A DNA stretch of 64,000 nt from Verrucomicrobiaceae bacterium (GCA_043757005.1 JAYVQK010000121.1:2069-66068); one strand, 5' to 3'. Shown: positions 36,127-45,261, numbered from the stretch's first letter. Translations and numbers: made by a program. Notes: generated from the sequence alone by a model not told the origin.

Positions 36127-37212
36127 ATGATTTATGATTTAAGAATTAAGATTTGCGCAGGCGTGTTTTCGGCAGTGCTGGCGGTGGGGATGATCTTCTC
36201 GCCCATGCGTGGCTTTTCACAGGCACCGGATGCGGAGACGCAGCGGGTGAATGATGCGCTGCGGCGGGCGGGGGAGTTTTTTGTGGCGGTGCAGGATCCG
36301 CAGACGGGCGGCATCCATAATCGTGCGAGTGCTGAGACGGCGATGACTTCGCTGGCGGTGTTGGCATTTGCTTCGATGGGGCATTTGCCCACGGATCCGA
36401 CGCCGGAGGGGAAGGCGATGAAGCGGGCGCTGGACTTTGTTTTGGCACCGCAGCGGCAGGAGGCGGATGGGTATTTTGGCAAGGCGGATGGCTCGCGGAT
36501 GTATGGCCACGGGATCGCTACGCTGATGCTGGCGGAGATGCTCGGTATGAGCGCGGATGAGAAGCAGGACGCTGTGATCCGCGAGAAGTGTCGCAAGGCG
36601 GTTGATCTGATTTTACGCGCGCAGCGGGTGCCAAAGAATGACGCGAATCGGGGCGGCTGGCGCTACACGCCGGATGCCAGCAACAGCGATATGTCCATCA
36701 CTTGCTGGCAGACGATGGCGCTGCGGGCGGCGAAAAATGCGGGCATGGATGTGCCGAAGGAATCCATTGATCTGGCGGTGCGCTACATCAAGACGCTCTA
36801 CTCGCCGAGCAATGGGAAGGAGAGCACGGCGGGCTTTGGTTATGCGGATCGCGGGCGCGAAATCTCGACGACGGCGGAGGGCTTGCTGGCGCTACAAGTG
36901 TGCGGAGATTACGATAGCGATGAGACGAAGGGGGCTGCGGATCGGCTCTTTCGCAGTGGGGTGAAATCGGGCGATAAATGGTTTTTTTACACCGCCTACT
37001 ATTACGCGCAGGGGATGTATCAGCGCGGAGATAAATACGCCGAGCAAGGCCGCACGCACATGATGGAATCGCTGCTCCCGTTGCAATCGCGCGAGGGCTG
37101 GTGGCAGGGATTAAACGGCGAGGAAGGGCAGGGCGGGAAAGTGTATGCGACGTCGCTGGCGGTGCTCGCGCTGGCGGTGAAGAATCACTACCTGCCGATC
37201 TACCAGCGGTGA
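36127..37212 (+). CDS. secreted prenyltransferase/squalene-oxidase-repeat (alpha/alpha toroid) protein
   Basis: N-terminal signal/anchor ICAGVFSAVLAVGMIFSPMRGFSQA. Repeat motifs NRGGWRYTPDASNSDMSITCWQTMALRAAKNAGMDV and QSREGWWQG are typical of terpene-cyclase-like repeats. Starts 10 nt after the giant gene. Confidence 0.65.
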   Translation: MIYDLRIKICAGVFSAVLAVGMIFSPMRGFSQAPDAETQRVNDALRRAGEFFVAVQDPQTGGIHNRASAETAMTSLAVLAFASMGHLPTDPTPEGKAMKRALDFVLAPQRQEADGYFGKADGSRMYGHGIATLMLAEMLGMSADEKQDAVIREKCRKAVDLILRAQRVPKNDANRGGWRYTPDASNSDMSITCWQTMALRAAKNAGMDVPKESIDLAVRYIKTLYSPSNGKESTAGFGYADRGREISTTAEGLLALQVCGDYDSDETKGAADRLFRSGVKSGDKWFFYTAYYYAQGMYQRGDKYAEQGRTHMMESLLPLQSREGWWQGLNGEEGQGGKVYATSLAVLALAVKNHYLPIYQR

Positions 37213-37233
37213 GTTCGTTAAGTTTCTTGCCGA

Positions 37234-37797
37234 CTACATCTGCGGGACTTTGACAAAGCGCGAGGGGTCGTAGCCTTGATCGGCGAGCCTTTGCAGGATT
37301 TGGCGATACGTTTTTGCTGGGAGTGTTTTTGCGCGAGCCATGATCCAGCCGTAGTCGCGGGATGGGTGGCCGACGACTGTCCAGCGATAGTCAGGGGAGA
37401 GGTCGAGGATGAGGTAATCGGTGATGATGAGGCCGAGGAATCGCACGCGCCACTCGGCATTGGTGGTGTGATTATGCACCCAAGCCAGCGCGGTGAATTT
37501 TTTCTGCGGAGCCGCGAAGCTGCCTTTGCGAAAGGTGAACCAATTTCCTATCCGCCCATCGGGCCTCAGCGCGTAGCTCTCGATGGAATCCACGCAGTCT
37601 TTTTCGGCAAAGTAGGGGATGTTGGCGATGACGCGCCAGTCGCCCATGTAGCGCGGCAAATCTACGTGGGCCACAGTGCGTAAAGGTTGCTTCGGGGTTT
37701 TCTTTGAAACGCTAGAGCAGCCGACGAGCATGAAGGCGGCGCAAAGCCACACTGCGTATTTGAGATGCTGGCGGAGTGAGTAGTCGAGAAATGGCAT
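37234..37797 (-). CDS. blc: bacterial lipocalin Blc-like outer-membrane lipoprotein
   Basis: Lipobox AAFMLVGCSS. VDLPRYMGDWRVIANIPYFAEKDCVDSIESYALRPDGRI is the lipocalin motif G-x-W. ATG 37795..37797 is preferred. Confidence 0.8.
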   Translation of the reverse strand: MPFLDYSLRQHLKYAVWLCAAFMLVGCSSVSKKTPKQPLRTVAHVDLPRYMGDWRVIANIPYFAEKDCVDSIESYALRPDGRIGNWFTFRKGSFAAPQKKFTALAWVHNHTTNAEWRVRFLGLIITDYLILDLSPDYRWTVVGHPSRDYGWIMARAKTLPAKTYRQILQRLADQGYDPSRFVKVPQM

Positions 37798-37911
37798 GGC
37801 GCGCGGACGGTAGCTCAAGCGGGGCTTGTGGCGATAGATGCTTTCGTTTAAAATGCGGGCTCTACGCCGTTGCATCCCGTAAGTGCGTGGCTACAGTCGC
37901 GCGCTGATTCC

Positions 37912-38820
37912 ATGAAATCCTTTGTATCTGTATTGTTTGCTTTTGCGTTCGGAAGCTCCGTCCTTTCCGCGCAAGCGCCCGCTGGCGGGAAGCCTGCCGA
38001 GGCTCCGAAATCTATCGCTCCGCCGACTGCGGCGACGAGCAAGGATGATGCGGTGACTCGCATCAACGGCCCCGGCACAAGCGCGCCGAAAGTGCCGACA
38101 AAAACAGGAGCCGCTTATATTCCGCAAGAGGCGCAAAAGGCACCAGCCAAGACGATGGGCGACCTCATCGTGCAGGCAGGCTGGGTGATGATCCCGCTCG
38201 GGGTAATGAGTGTGCTGGCGGTCATGTTTGTCCTCGTTTTCCTCGCCACGCTGCGGCGCTCGGCGATCCTCACGGCGCACTACATGAATACGGCGGATGT
38301 GCTTTTGAAAAAGCGCGATTACCTCGGGCTGCTCGCCATTTCCAGCAGGCACAATGAAGTCGTCGCCCGCGTGGTGCAGCGCACGCTGGACTTCGCCACG
38401 AAGAATCCGAGTGCGAGCTTCGATGTGGTGAAAGATGTGGCTGAATCCGAGGGCTCGGCGCAGGCCGCCTCGCTCCAGCATCGGGTGACGTATCTTGCGG
38501 ACATCGGCACGCTGTCGCCGATGGTGGGGCTTTTCGGCACGGTCGTCGGCATCGTGAATAGTTTCGCGAGTTTCGGGCACGATATGGTGGCGCAGCAGCG
38601 CGACCTCCAGCTCGCGAGCGGCGTCTCGCAGGCGCTTATCGCCACGGGCGGCGGGCTCGTCATCGGCATCTTTGCGTTCACGTTCTACGCTTACTTCCGC
38701 AATAAAGTGCAGGGGCTCATTTCCGATCTCGAAGTAGCCAGCTCGCACGTGATGGGGCTCATGGCGCTGAACTACAAAAAGCGCGAGACTTCCCGCGCGG
38801 CGATGGACGACGAGTTTTAG
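37912..38820 (+). CDS. MotA/TolQ/ExbB proton-channel family protein with signal peptide and ~90-aa Pro/Ala-rich N-terminal extension
   Basis: MGDLIVQAGWVMIPLGVMSVLAVMFVLVF and LADIGTLSPMVGLFGTVVGIVNSF...LIATGGGLVIGIFAF are the family TM core. The N-terminus MKSFVSVLFAFAFGSSVLSAQA looks like a signal peptide. Confidence 0.8.
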   Translation: MKSFVSVLFAFAFGSSVLSAQAPAGGKPAEAPKSIAPPTAATSKDDAVTRINGPGTSAPKVPTKTGAAYIPQEAQKAPAKTMGDLIVQAGWVMIPLGVMSVLAVMFVLVFLATLRRSAILTAHYMNTADVLLKKRDYLGLLAISSRHNEVVARVVQRTLDFATKNPSASFDVVKDVAESEGSAQAASLQHRVTYLADIGTLSPMVGLFGTVVGIVNSFASFGHDMVAQQRDLQLASGVSQALIATGGGLVIGIFAFTFYAYFRNKVQGLISDLEVASSHVMGLMALNYKKRETSRAAMDDEF

Positions 38821-38825
38821 CCCAG

Positions 38826-39239
38826 ATGAAATTTCGCCGCCGCTCCGACCCGCACATTCTGGGCTTCCAGATCGCTCCGATGGTGGACGTTTTACTCGTC
38901 CTGCTTTGCTTCTTTATTCTCACGTGGAATTTCGCGCGCCGCGAGCAGGAGTTGGATGTAAAAGTGCCGACTGCCGACAATGGCGGCGAGCCGACTTTCG
39001 ACGTGAATCAGACGGTGCTGAATCTCAAAGCCGACGGCTCGCTTGTGATGAATAACAAGCCCATCGCTTTCGATGAACTCAGCGAAAAAATGAAGGCCCT
39101 TGCAGCGATCAATAAAGACTACGCCATCATCCTACGCGGCGACCAAGAGGTGCCCTATAAGCACGTCGCCCATGTCCTCGATGTGTGCCGTGGCGCTGGT
39201 ATTTGGAATGTGGCCTTCCCCGTGACAAAACCCGAATGA
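38826..39239 (+). CDS. ExbD/TolR-family biopolymer transport protein
   Basis: ILGFQIAPMVDVLLVLLCFFILT plus a C-terminal periplasmic domain (AIILRGDQEVPYKHVAHVLDVCRGAG). Confidence 0.85.
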   Translation: MKFRRRSDPHILGFQIAPMVDVLLVLLCFFILTWNFARREQELDVKVPTADNGGEPTFDVNQTVLNLKADGSLVMNNKPIAFDELSEKMKALAAINKDYAIILRGDQEVPYKHVAHVLDVCRGAGIWNVAFPVTKPE

Positions 39240-41842
39240 AACGCCACACACTTGTAGCTTTCACCCTCGGCGCGTCGCTTTTCGCACAGGAAGACGTGCT
39301 GAAACCCTTCCGCCCGAATGGCAATCCCGCTGAGCCGCCGCGCGCCACTCCCGTGAAGCCCGCCCGCCCACCCGAGCCGGAGATTCCTCGTGCTGTGCCA
39401 GTGAAAAAACCGACGCCCACGCCAGCCGAGTCCGGCGTGGTGCCTGCGCCGCGTGCTGTGCCTGCGGACCCCGTCGTGCCAGCTTCCACGCGGCCCGCGC
39501 CGATCGGCGCAGAGCCGCGACCAGCCAGCACACAGCGTCCCGCGCCCGTGGAGAGCCCGGAGCTTGGCGACATCGTCGTGCGTTCCGGCGGCACGCCGAC
39601 CTCGGCGGATCAAGTGCAGCTCCAGTATGCGGACGGTTTCTACGCCCGCAAATTGTGGCGCGACGCTGCGCCGGAATACGAACGCTACCTCCAAGCCTAC
39701 ACCCACGCCGCCGCCGCAGATCGCCAAGCCGCCTACTACCGCCTCGCCGAGTGCTATCGTCAGACGGACGCGCTGAATAACGCGAAGGCCAACTACGAAG
39801 CCATCCTCGCGAATTTCAATGGCGGCGACTTCGTCGGCTACGCGGCCTACCGCATGGGCACGATCCTCTACGAGGAAAAGGACTATCGCGGCGCTCTTAC
39901 CGTCTATCGCCGAGCCAGCGCCCGCCTCAGCCAGCCCACGCTCGTCAATGCCTCGAAGTTTTTCATGGGCCGCTGCCTGGAGTCCACGGGACAAAAGACC
40001 GAGGCCAAAGTGCTATACGAAGACCTCGCCGGAGTCATTGAGGGCAATCCCTACCGCGACGCCAGCCGCCTCTCCGCCGGGCGATTGCTGGCCGAGGCCA
40101 ATCAGCGCGACGCCGCGCTGAAAATGCTCCTCCCCCTCGCGAACGAAACCACCAACCCACAAATCAAAGGCGACGCCACGGCCCGCGCAGGCTTGCTCCA
40201 GCTTGAGCTTGGCCAAACGGAAGCCGCCGCCGCCACCCTCGCCGCCGCGCTCGCTTTGCCCGAGGCGGGCTCGTGGAAAGAAGACCTGCAAGTCGCGCTC
40301 TTCCGCCTTCTTTACGACAAAAAAGACTACAAGGGCGTGATTGATCGCTTCGTGAGCGGCGCGGCCAATTCGCTGAATCTCGAAAACAAACTCAAGGTCC
40401 TCGTGCTCACCGGCGACGCCCACCGCGAACTCGGCGACCGCGATGCCGCGATGGCGATCTATGATCAAATCGCCCGCGAATTTCCCGCCACTACGCAGTC
40501 TCGCGACGCTGCCTACGCGCGCCTCGTGATGCTCTACGACACGGGCGACGCGCGCATCCTCGATGAGGTGAATAAATTCCTCAACGAGAACCCCACCGCC
40601 CCGCAAGTGGAGCGCGTGTCGCTGATGAAAGCGGAGACGCTTTTCAAAACGAGCGACTTCGAGCACGCCGCGCCGATCTACCAAGTCATCGTCGAAAAAT
40701 CCAAAGGCCTCAGCGGCGCGTTTAAAGGCGAGGCCACCTTCAAGCTCGGCTGGTGCTGGATGCAGCTCCGCTACTACGACCGCGCGGTGGCTACCTTTTC
40801 CGGCTTCCTGAAAGACTACCCCACCCACGCCAAACTCAGCACCGCACTTGCCCAGCTCGGCTCGGCGCAGATGCAGCTCAAACAATTTGCCGCCGCGCTG
40901 AAGACCTTCCAAGAGCTGTCCACGAAATATCCCAAATCCAAAGAGCGCGAGTTTGCGCTGGAGAATCTCGCCCTCATCCACGGCCAACTCGGCGACCAGA
41001 GCCACATGGCCGAGACGTTTGAAATCCTCCTCCGCGACTTCCCCGCGACTTCCGCAAAAGCCAAGGCCAACTACTGGATCGGACGCGCCGCCTTTGACGC
41101 CAAAAACTACCAGAAAGCCGCCCCCTCCCTCGACCGCGCGCGCCAGCTCGACAAGGAACAATTCTTCGAGCGCGGCTCCCTCGCCATCCTCGCTTGCTAC
41201 TACAATCTGGAGCAGGTGGACGCCACGGAGAAGGAGATCCAATTTTACAAAGACAACGGTGGCAAAGCCGACACCTCGAACGACGTGATCCGCTGGCTCG
41301 GGCAGAAATACTTCGAGCGCGGCGAATACGCTAAGGTGGAGAAATTCCTCCCCCAACTCGTCCTCCGCAAAGAAGCCCAGAGCGACGACTACCTCCTCCT
41401 CGCCCGCAGCCGCGCGCGGCAGGGCAATTTCAAAGACGCAGTGCCCAGCTACGACAACTACTTGGCCACCGTGAAAGATGTCGTCCCACGCACCGCCGGG
41501 CTCATCGAGAAATCCGATGCGCAGCTTGGGTTGAAAGATTGGGACGGTGCGGAAAAGACCATCAAAGAGGGGCTCACCGTAGCCACGGAAGGCCGCTACA
41601 ACGGCGAACTCCGCCTGCGCGCCGGGGAAGTGGAAGCCGCACGCGGCAGCATCAAAAAAGCGTTGCAAATCTTCGAGACCATCCCCGTGACTCTCGACGA
41701 CGAAGCCATCTGCCCCCGTGCCCTAGAGCGCGCCATCGAGCTGCACAAAACGCTCGGCGACGACGACGATGTAAAGCGGATCGAGAACCAACTCCGCAGC
41801 AAATACCCCGAGTATTTGCAGAAGAAAAAAGCGAAGGGGTAA
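39236..41842 (+). CDS. secreted Pro-rich linker plus multi-TPR protein (YbgF/CpoB- or TolA-like role possible)
   Basis: ATGA overlap with exbD. Signal peptide MKRHTLVAFTLGASLFAQ. A ~110-aa Pro-rich region (PAEPPRATPVKPARPPEPEIPRAVPVKKPTPTPAE...). Many TPR-like units follow (YYRLAECYRQTD, AAYRMGTILYEEKDY, ATFKLGWCWMQLRYY, ANYWIGRAAFDAKNY). Confidence 0.7.
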   Translation: MKRHTLVAFTLGASLFAQEDVLKPFRPNGNPAEPPRATPVKPARPPEPEIPRAVPVKKPTPTPAESGVVPAPRAVPADPVVPASTRPAPIGAEPRPASTQRPAPVESPELGDIVVRSGGTPTSADQVQLQYADGFYARKLWRDAAPEYERYLQAYTHAAAADRQAAYYRLAECYRQTDALNNAKANYEAILANFNGGDFVGYAAYRMGTILYEEKDYRGALTVYRRASARLSQPTLVNASKFFMGRCLESTGQKTEAKVLYEDLAGVIEGNPYRDASRLSAGRLLAEANQRDAALKMLLPLANETTNPQIKGDATARAGLLQLELGQTEAAAATLAAALALPEAGSWKEDLQVALFRLLYDKKDYKGVIDRFVSGAANSLNLENKLKVLVLTGDAHRELGDRDAAMAIYDQIAREFPATTQSRDAAYARLVMLYDTGDARILDEVNKFLNENPTAPQVERVSLMKAETLFKTSDFEHAAPIYQVIVEKSKGLSGAFKGEATFKLGWCWMQLRYYDRAVATFSGFLKDYPTHAKLSTALAQLGSAQMQLKQFAAALKTFQELSTKYPKSKEREFALENLALIHGQLGDQSHMAETFEILLRDFPATSAKAKANYWIGRAAFDAKNYQKAAPSLDRARQLDKEQFFERGSLAILACYYNLEQVDATEKEIQFYKDNGGKADTSNDVIRWLGQKYFERGEYAKVEKFLPQLVLRKEAQSDDYLLLARSRARQGNFKDAVPSYDNYLATVKDVVPRTAGLIEKSDAQLGLKDWDGAEKTIKEGLTVATEGRYNGELRLRAGEVEAARGSIKKALQIFETIPVTLDDEAICPRALERAIELHKTLGDDDDVKRIENQLRSKYPEYLQKKKAKG

Positions 41843-41850
41843 AAGCCCGG

Positions 41851-44676
41851 CTACTTCTTGATACCGGGGTTTACGAAGTGCCCGCTAAAGCCAGTGCTTG
41901 TGCCAGTTCCAGTGGTATTGCCAAAGACAGTGCCAGTGCCGTTCCCATTGCCAGTGCCAATGCCGTTCCCAGTGCCAGTGCCGCTCGTAGTGCCAGTGCC
42001 ATTGCCGCTCAGAGTGAGATTGCCAGTGCCGCTCCCAGTGCCACTGCCAGTGCCCGCACCTGTGCCAGTGCCGTTCCCAGTGCCCGTCGCCGCTGCACGG
42101 GTGCCGATGGTGTAGCTCACGGTGCCGGTCTGGCTGCTTCCGGGAAAGACGCCGACGCCTTTGCTTTCCGACTGTAGTAGCACGCCGTTGATAGGCGTAT
42201 TGTCGCCGGTGGTCGGGTTGGTGAAGGAGCCGTGGAAGGTGCCTGCTCCGCGATCTACTTTCACCTTTAGTTGGTCGCCGCTGGGGTCGAGGACTTCCAT
42301 GCCGTCGCGGCTATTGAGGTCGAGCTTGTGGGTGATTGTGCCACCAAGGTTGCCGCCGGTGAGGGTGATGGTGGCTTTGTCGTTGCCGTCGAGCGCGCGG
42401 CGGCCTTTCAGCGGGGCGATGTAGGCACCGCCGGTCGCGCTCACGCTCGTCTCAAAGCCATCGGGGAAAAGATCGGTATTACTGCGGGCCGGGCGGGTCC
42501 AGTTTATCGTGCCCGTCACGCTCGGGTCTTCGCCGGTGCCGAAGAGGAGGGTGCCGTTCACGCGGGCGTTTTTCGGCGCGAGATAGATGTTCACTGCTGC
42601 TGCGCCATCGAGCCCGCCGAGCACTGCGCGCGCGTGGATTTTCTCCCCGTCGCCGAGCTGCCCTCGGATGCTTACATCGCCGGAAGTCTGCACATCCAGC
42701 CGCACATAGCCGGTGCCTTGCGGGAGCGTGGAACCCGTGCCGCCTGCGCCGGGGAGCTGCACGGTGTAGCGGCCTTGCAGCTCTGCGAGGCGGCTTGCGG
42801 TGAGGGCAGAGAGCGTGGCTTCGGCGGTGAATTTGCCGCTGTTGATGTCCACCTTCAGCGTAGAAGCCGTGTCGGTCTGGTCAAAGGCGAGCTTTAGACT
42901 CAGCGGGCTGGTGCCGGGGCGCGGGACGGAGATGCTCGCATTGCCATCCGCATCGAGCGTGCCGAGCAGCGCGAAGCTCTTGCCATAAAGCTCCACCTTC
43001 CCGCTCAACGCGCCGCCCTCCGTGCCCATGAACCGGAGTTGGCCCACGACCTTGCCGTGCTGGTCTTTGAGCACTGCGGAATGGAGCCCCTGCGCCGCGA
43101 GGCCGGGCGCTTTGATCGTTACTTTGCCCGTGGCTGTCCTGGGCGAGTCGGTGAAATTATCCGTCACCGTGTAAGTAAAAGAGTCCGCCTTCGTCGGCGA
43201 ATCCGAGGGCGTATAGCGCACTTTATTGCCCACGACTTCGAGCGTCCCCAGCCCGCTCTTCGTCACGGTCACCGCATCACTTTTCAGCGTCAGCCCATCG
43301 CCCTCTGGGTCGGTATCATTGGCCAGCACATCAATGAGCACCGGCGCGTGGCTGTGCACGATGACGAGGTCGGGCAGTGCCACGGGCGCTTGGTTGGCCG
43401 TGGCGGTGAAGGTCTGATCTGGCGAGAGCACCATTTTGATTCCCGCAGCGGCTTGGGGTGTCTCGGTGCTATCGTTGTAAGTCACGATGAATTTATAGTG
43501 GTAAGTATTCCCACGCTTGAGCCCCTCCAGCTTGTTTGCAGCGACTCGGTAAGTCGTCGGCGGCTCCGTGGCGGCTGCATATTCGATCGCCACCGGGGCG
43601 GCATAGGCATCCTTGGCGTCGCCGTATTCAAACTGCACCGTCGTCGGGTAGCCATTCTCCGTGACCTGCGCTCGGATCGTCGCCTTCCCTGCGAGGAGGT
43701 GTTCCTTTTTCGTATTCGTGTCGGGGATGAGGATCGTCGGCGGGTATTTTGGCACGTCGAAAGCCACCGTGCCGAGCTTCGAGGTGCCGTGTTGATTCGT
43801 CGCCTCGACTTTGAAAAAATACTGCACCCCGCCCACTAGGCTGGTGAGTTTTACAACCGCCGTCTGCTCCGTCGTGGCGTCGGAAAGCGAGCGCTTCACC
43901 ACGATATTGCCGTCCTTTTTTGTGAAGTCACTGCCGATGCGGTAGGTGAAAGTTACCACCGTCGTCCCGCCATTCGTGAAGACCTTCACACTCAAATCCG
44001 CCTTGCCAGTGACGACAGTCGGCACGGGCACCGCCGTGAGCGTCGGCGCGCGGTGAAAGTCCTGATCTTCAAGCGGCACGCTTACCCCCGTGGCGTTCTC
44101 GGCGAGCACATCGAAGTGATACGTCGCACCGCTCTGCAACCCTGTGAGGACCACGCTCGCCGTCTGCACCGTGAGCGCATCGGCGACCGTCACCGTCTTC
44201 GTGAGGCTGCGATCGGTGCCGATGCCGTAGTGGAAAGTCACCGTCGTCGGCGTGCCATTCGTCTTCACTTTCACACTCAGCGAAGCCGTGCCATCCGAGC
44301 CCGTCTGCGCGGCCACGCCACTCAGCACGGGCACCGTCTGCACGAGGGTAAAATCCAGCCCTTCCTGCGGCGTCGGTCCATCCGTATTCTCGGCATTGAT
44401 CTCGAAATGATACGTCACATTTCCCATCAACCCCGTCAGCGCCGCCGTCGCCGTCTGCTCGGCAGTGGCCTGCGCGAGTGTCACAACCTTTGTCTGACTG
44501 CGATCTGCGCCGATGCCGTATTTAAAAGTCACCGTCGTCCCCGAGCCATTCGTCTTCACCTTCGCACTCAGCACCGCCGAGCCATTCACCCCCACGACCA
44601 CTGCGGGCGCAGAAACCTCCGGCGCGGCGGCAAAAGTAGTCACAACAAGAGCGAGTAGAGCAAAAAGAAATTTCAT
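41851..44676 (-). CDS. large surface/secreted adhesin-like protein: tandem Ig/FN3-like modules, cadherin-like module, C-terminal Gly-Thr repeat
   Basis: Signal peptide MKFLFALLALVVTTFAAAP. About five ~95-aa modules share the pattern TVTF.YG.G.D.S.T..VT...LTGL..G..Y.F...A.N. A cadherin/VCBS-like segment reads NQAPVALPD..VLIDVLANDTDPEGDGL...YTPS..DSFTYTVTD. A 66-aa (G-T/N/S) repeat lies near the C-terminus. Confidence 0.7.
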   Translation of the reverse strand: MKFLFALLALVVTTFAAAPEVSAPAVVVGVNGSAVLSAKVKTNGSGTTVTFKYGIGADRSQTKVVTLAQATAEQTATAALTGLMGNVTYHFEINAENTDGPTPQEGLDFTLVQTVPVLSGVAAQTGSDGTASLSVKVKTNGTPTTVTFHYGIGTDRSLTKTVTVADALTVQTASVVLTGLQSGATYHFDVLAENATGVSVPLEDQDFHRAPTLTAVPVPTVVTGKADLSVKVFTNGGTTVVTFTYRIGSDFTKKDGNIVVKRSLSDATTEQTAVVKLTSLVGGVQYFFKVEATNQHGTSKLGTVAFDVPKYPPTILIPDTNTKKEHLLAGKATIRAQVTENGYPTTVQFEYGDAKDAYAAPVAIEYAAATEPPTTYRVAANKLEGLKRGNTYHYKFIVTYNDSTETPQAAAGIKMVLSPDQTFTATANQAPVALPDLVIVHSHAPVLIDVLANDTDPEGDGLTLKSDAVTVTKSGLGTLEVVGNKVRYTPSDSPTKADSFTYTVTDNFTDSPRTATGKVTIKAPGLAAQGLHSAVLKDQHGKVVGQLRFMGTEGGALSGKVELYGKSFALLGTLDADGNASISVPRPGTSPLSLKLAFDQTDTASTLKVDINSGKFTAEATLSALTASRLAELQGRYTVQLPGAGGTGSTLPQGTGYVRLDVQTSGDVSIRGQLGDGEKIHARAVLGGLDGAAAVNIYLAPKNARVNGTLLFGTGEDPSVTGTINWTRPARSNTDLFPDGFETSVSATGGAYIAPLKGRRALDGNDKATITLTGGNLGGTITHKLDLNSRDGMEVLDPSGDQLKVKVDRGAGTFHGSFTNPTTGDNTPINGVLLQSESKGVGVFPGSSQTGTVSYTIGTRAAATGTGNGTGTGAGTGSGTGSGTGNLTLSGNGTGTTSGTGTGNGIGTGNGNGTGTVFGNTTGTGTSTGFSGHFVNPGIKK

Positions 44677-44763
44677 AAGCGCAGAGCAGAGCATGGTGGA
44701 GCAAAACACCGGGCGCGCAAGGGAGTTCCAGTAATACCGTCTTTGGGTGTTAAACAGACGACT

Positions 44764-44916
44764 GGCGGTGAATCTCTGTCGCCCCTCCGGGGCTTGTTCG
44801 TGGTGGGGCGGTTCCGGTGGCTTACGCAACCGGCTAATTTCTGGCAGAGCCTCCGGCTCTCAAACGCCGCCTTTGCACACTTGCCAAGTAAGCCCCCGCC
44901 CTTATCCTCTTTCCGT
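44764..44916 (+). repeat. copy A of a ~150-bp repeat ending just before a gene start (structured segment plus promoter-like tail)
   Basis: About 90% identical by eye to 45415..45568. It contains the hairpins CCCCTCCGGGG, CCGGTGGC-TTAC-GC(A/C)ACCGG and GAGCC-TCC-GGCTC, followed by TTTGCACACTTGCC....CCCGCCC.TATCCT. Confidence 0.85.
44881..44908 (+). promoter_or_regulatory. possible sigma-70-type promoter inside repeat copy A
   Basis: TTGCCA (44881..44886), a 16-nt spacer, then TATCCT (44903..44908). The ATG is at 44917, so a very short or absent leader is implied. The equivalent TTGCCC-16-TATCCT sits at 45533..45560 in copy B. Confidence 0.3.
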
Positions 44917-45261
44917 ATGACACCTCGCTCCATCGTCACTGCTGTCTTATTCGCCTTATGCGCGATGGGACACCCCGTAGCGAACGCTGCACCCGCTCCC
45001 AGCGTCATGGTCGTGTGGGACAAACAGGGCTGGCGAAACATAAAGTGGTCTAAAAACCTCACACTCGTGGGTGCCCTTTATTCTTTCGATCTGGAGAAAC
45101 AACTACTGTTCACGTTTAGGTGGCCTAGCGACGCGGTCATTATTCGTGACGATGAAAGGAAGATCTACAAGCTTGACCGCACACGGCAGAAGATCGGAGA
45201 CAATCCTATTCTAAAGCCCGGCGACATCATCCACGTCCACGAACACTGGTTTATATGGTGA
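44917..45261 (+). CDS. small secreted protein, unknown function (114 aa)
   Basis: Signal peptide MTPRSIVTAVLFALCAMGHPVANAAP. The C-terminal ILKPGDIIHV resembles a beta-grasp (SLBB-like) motif. The composition is AT-richer than the flanks. Confidence 0.5.
   Translation: MTPRSIVTAVLFALCAMGHPVANAAPAPSVMVVWDKQGWRNIKWSKNLTLVGALYSFDLEKQLLFTFRWPSDAVIIRDDERKIYKLDRTRQKIGDNPILKPGDIIHVHEHWFIW

Noticed and set aside
41890-42087. Periodic CCAGTG-type repeats considered as a CRISPR or non-coding satellite
   Set aside because: They lie in frame within a long ORF that has a signal peptide and domain repeats. The 6-nt period fits Gly-Thr dipeptide coding.
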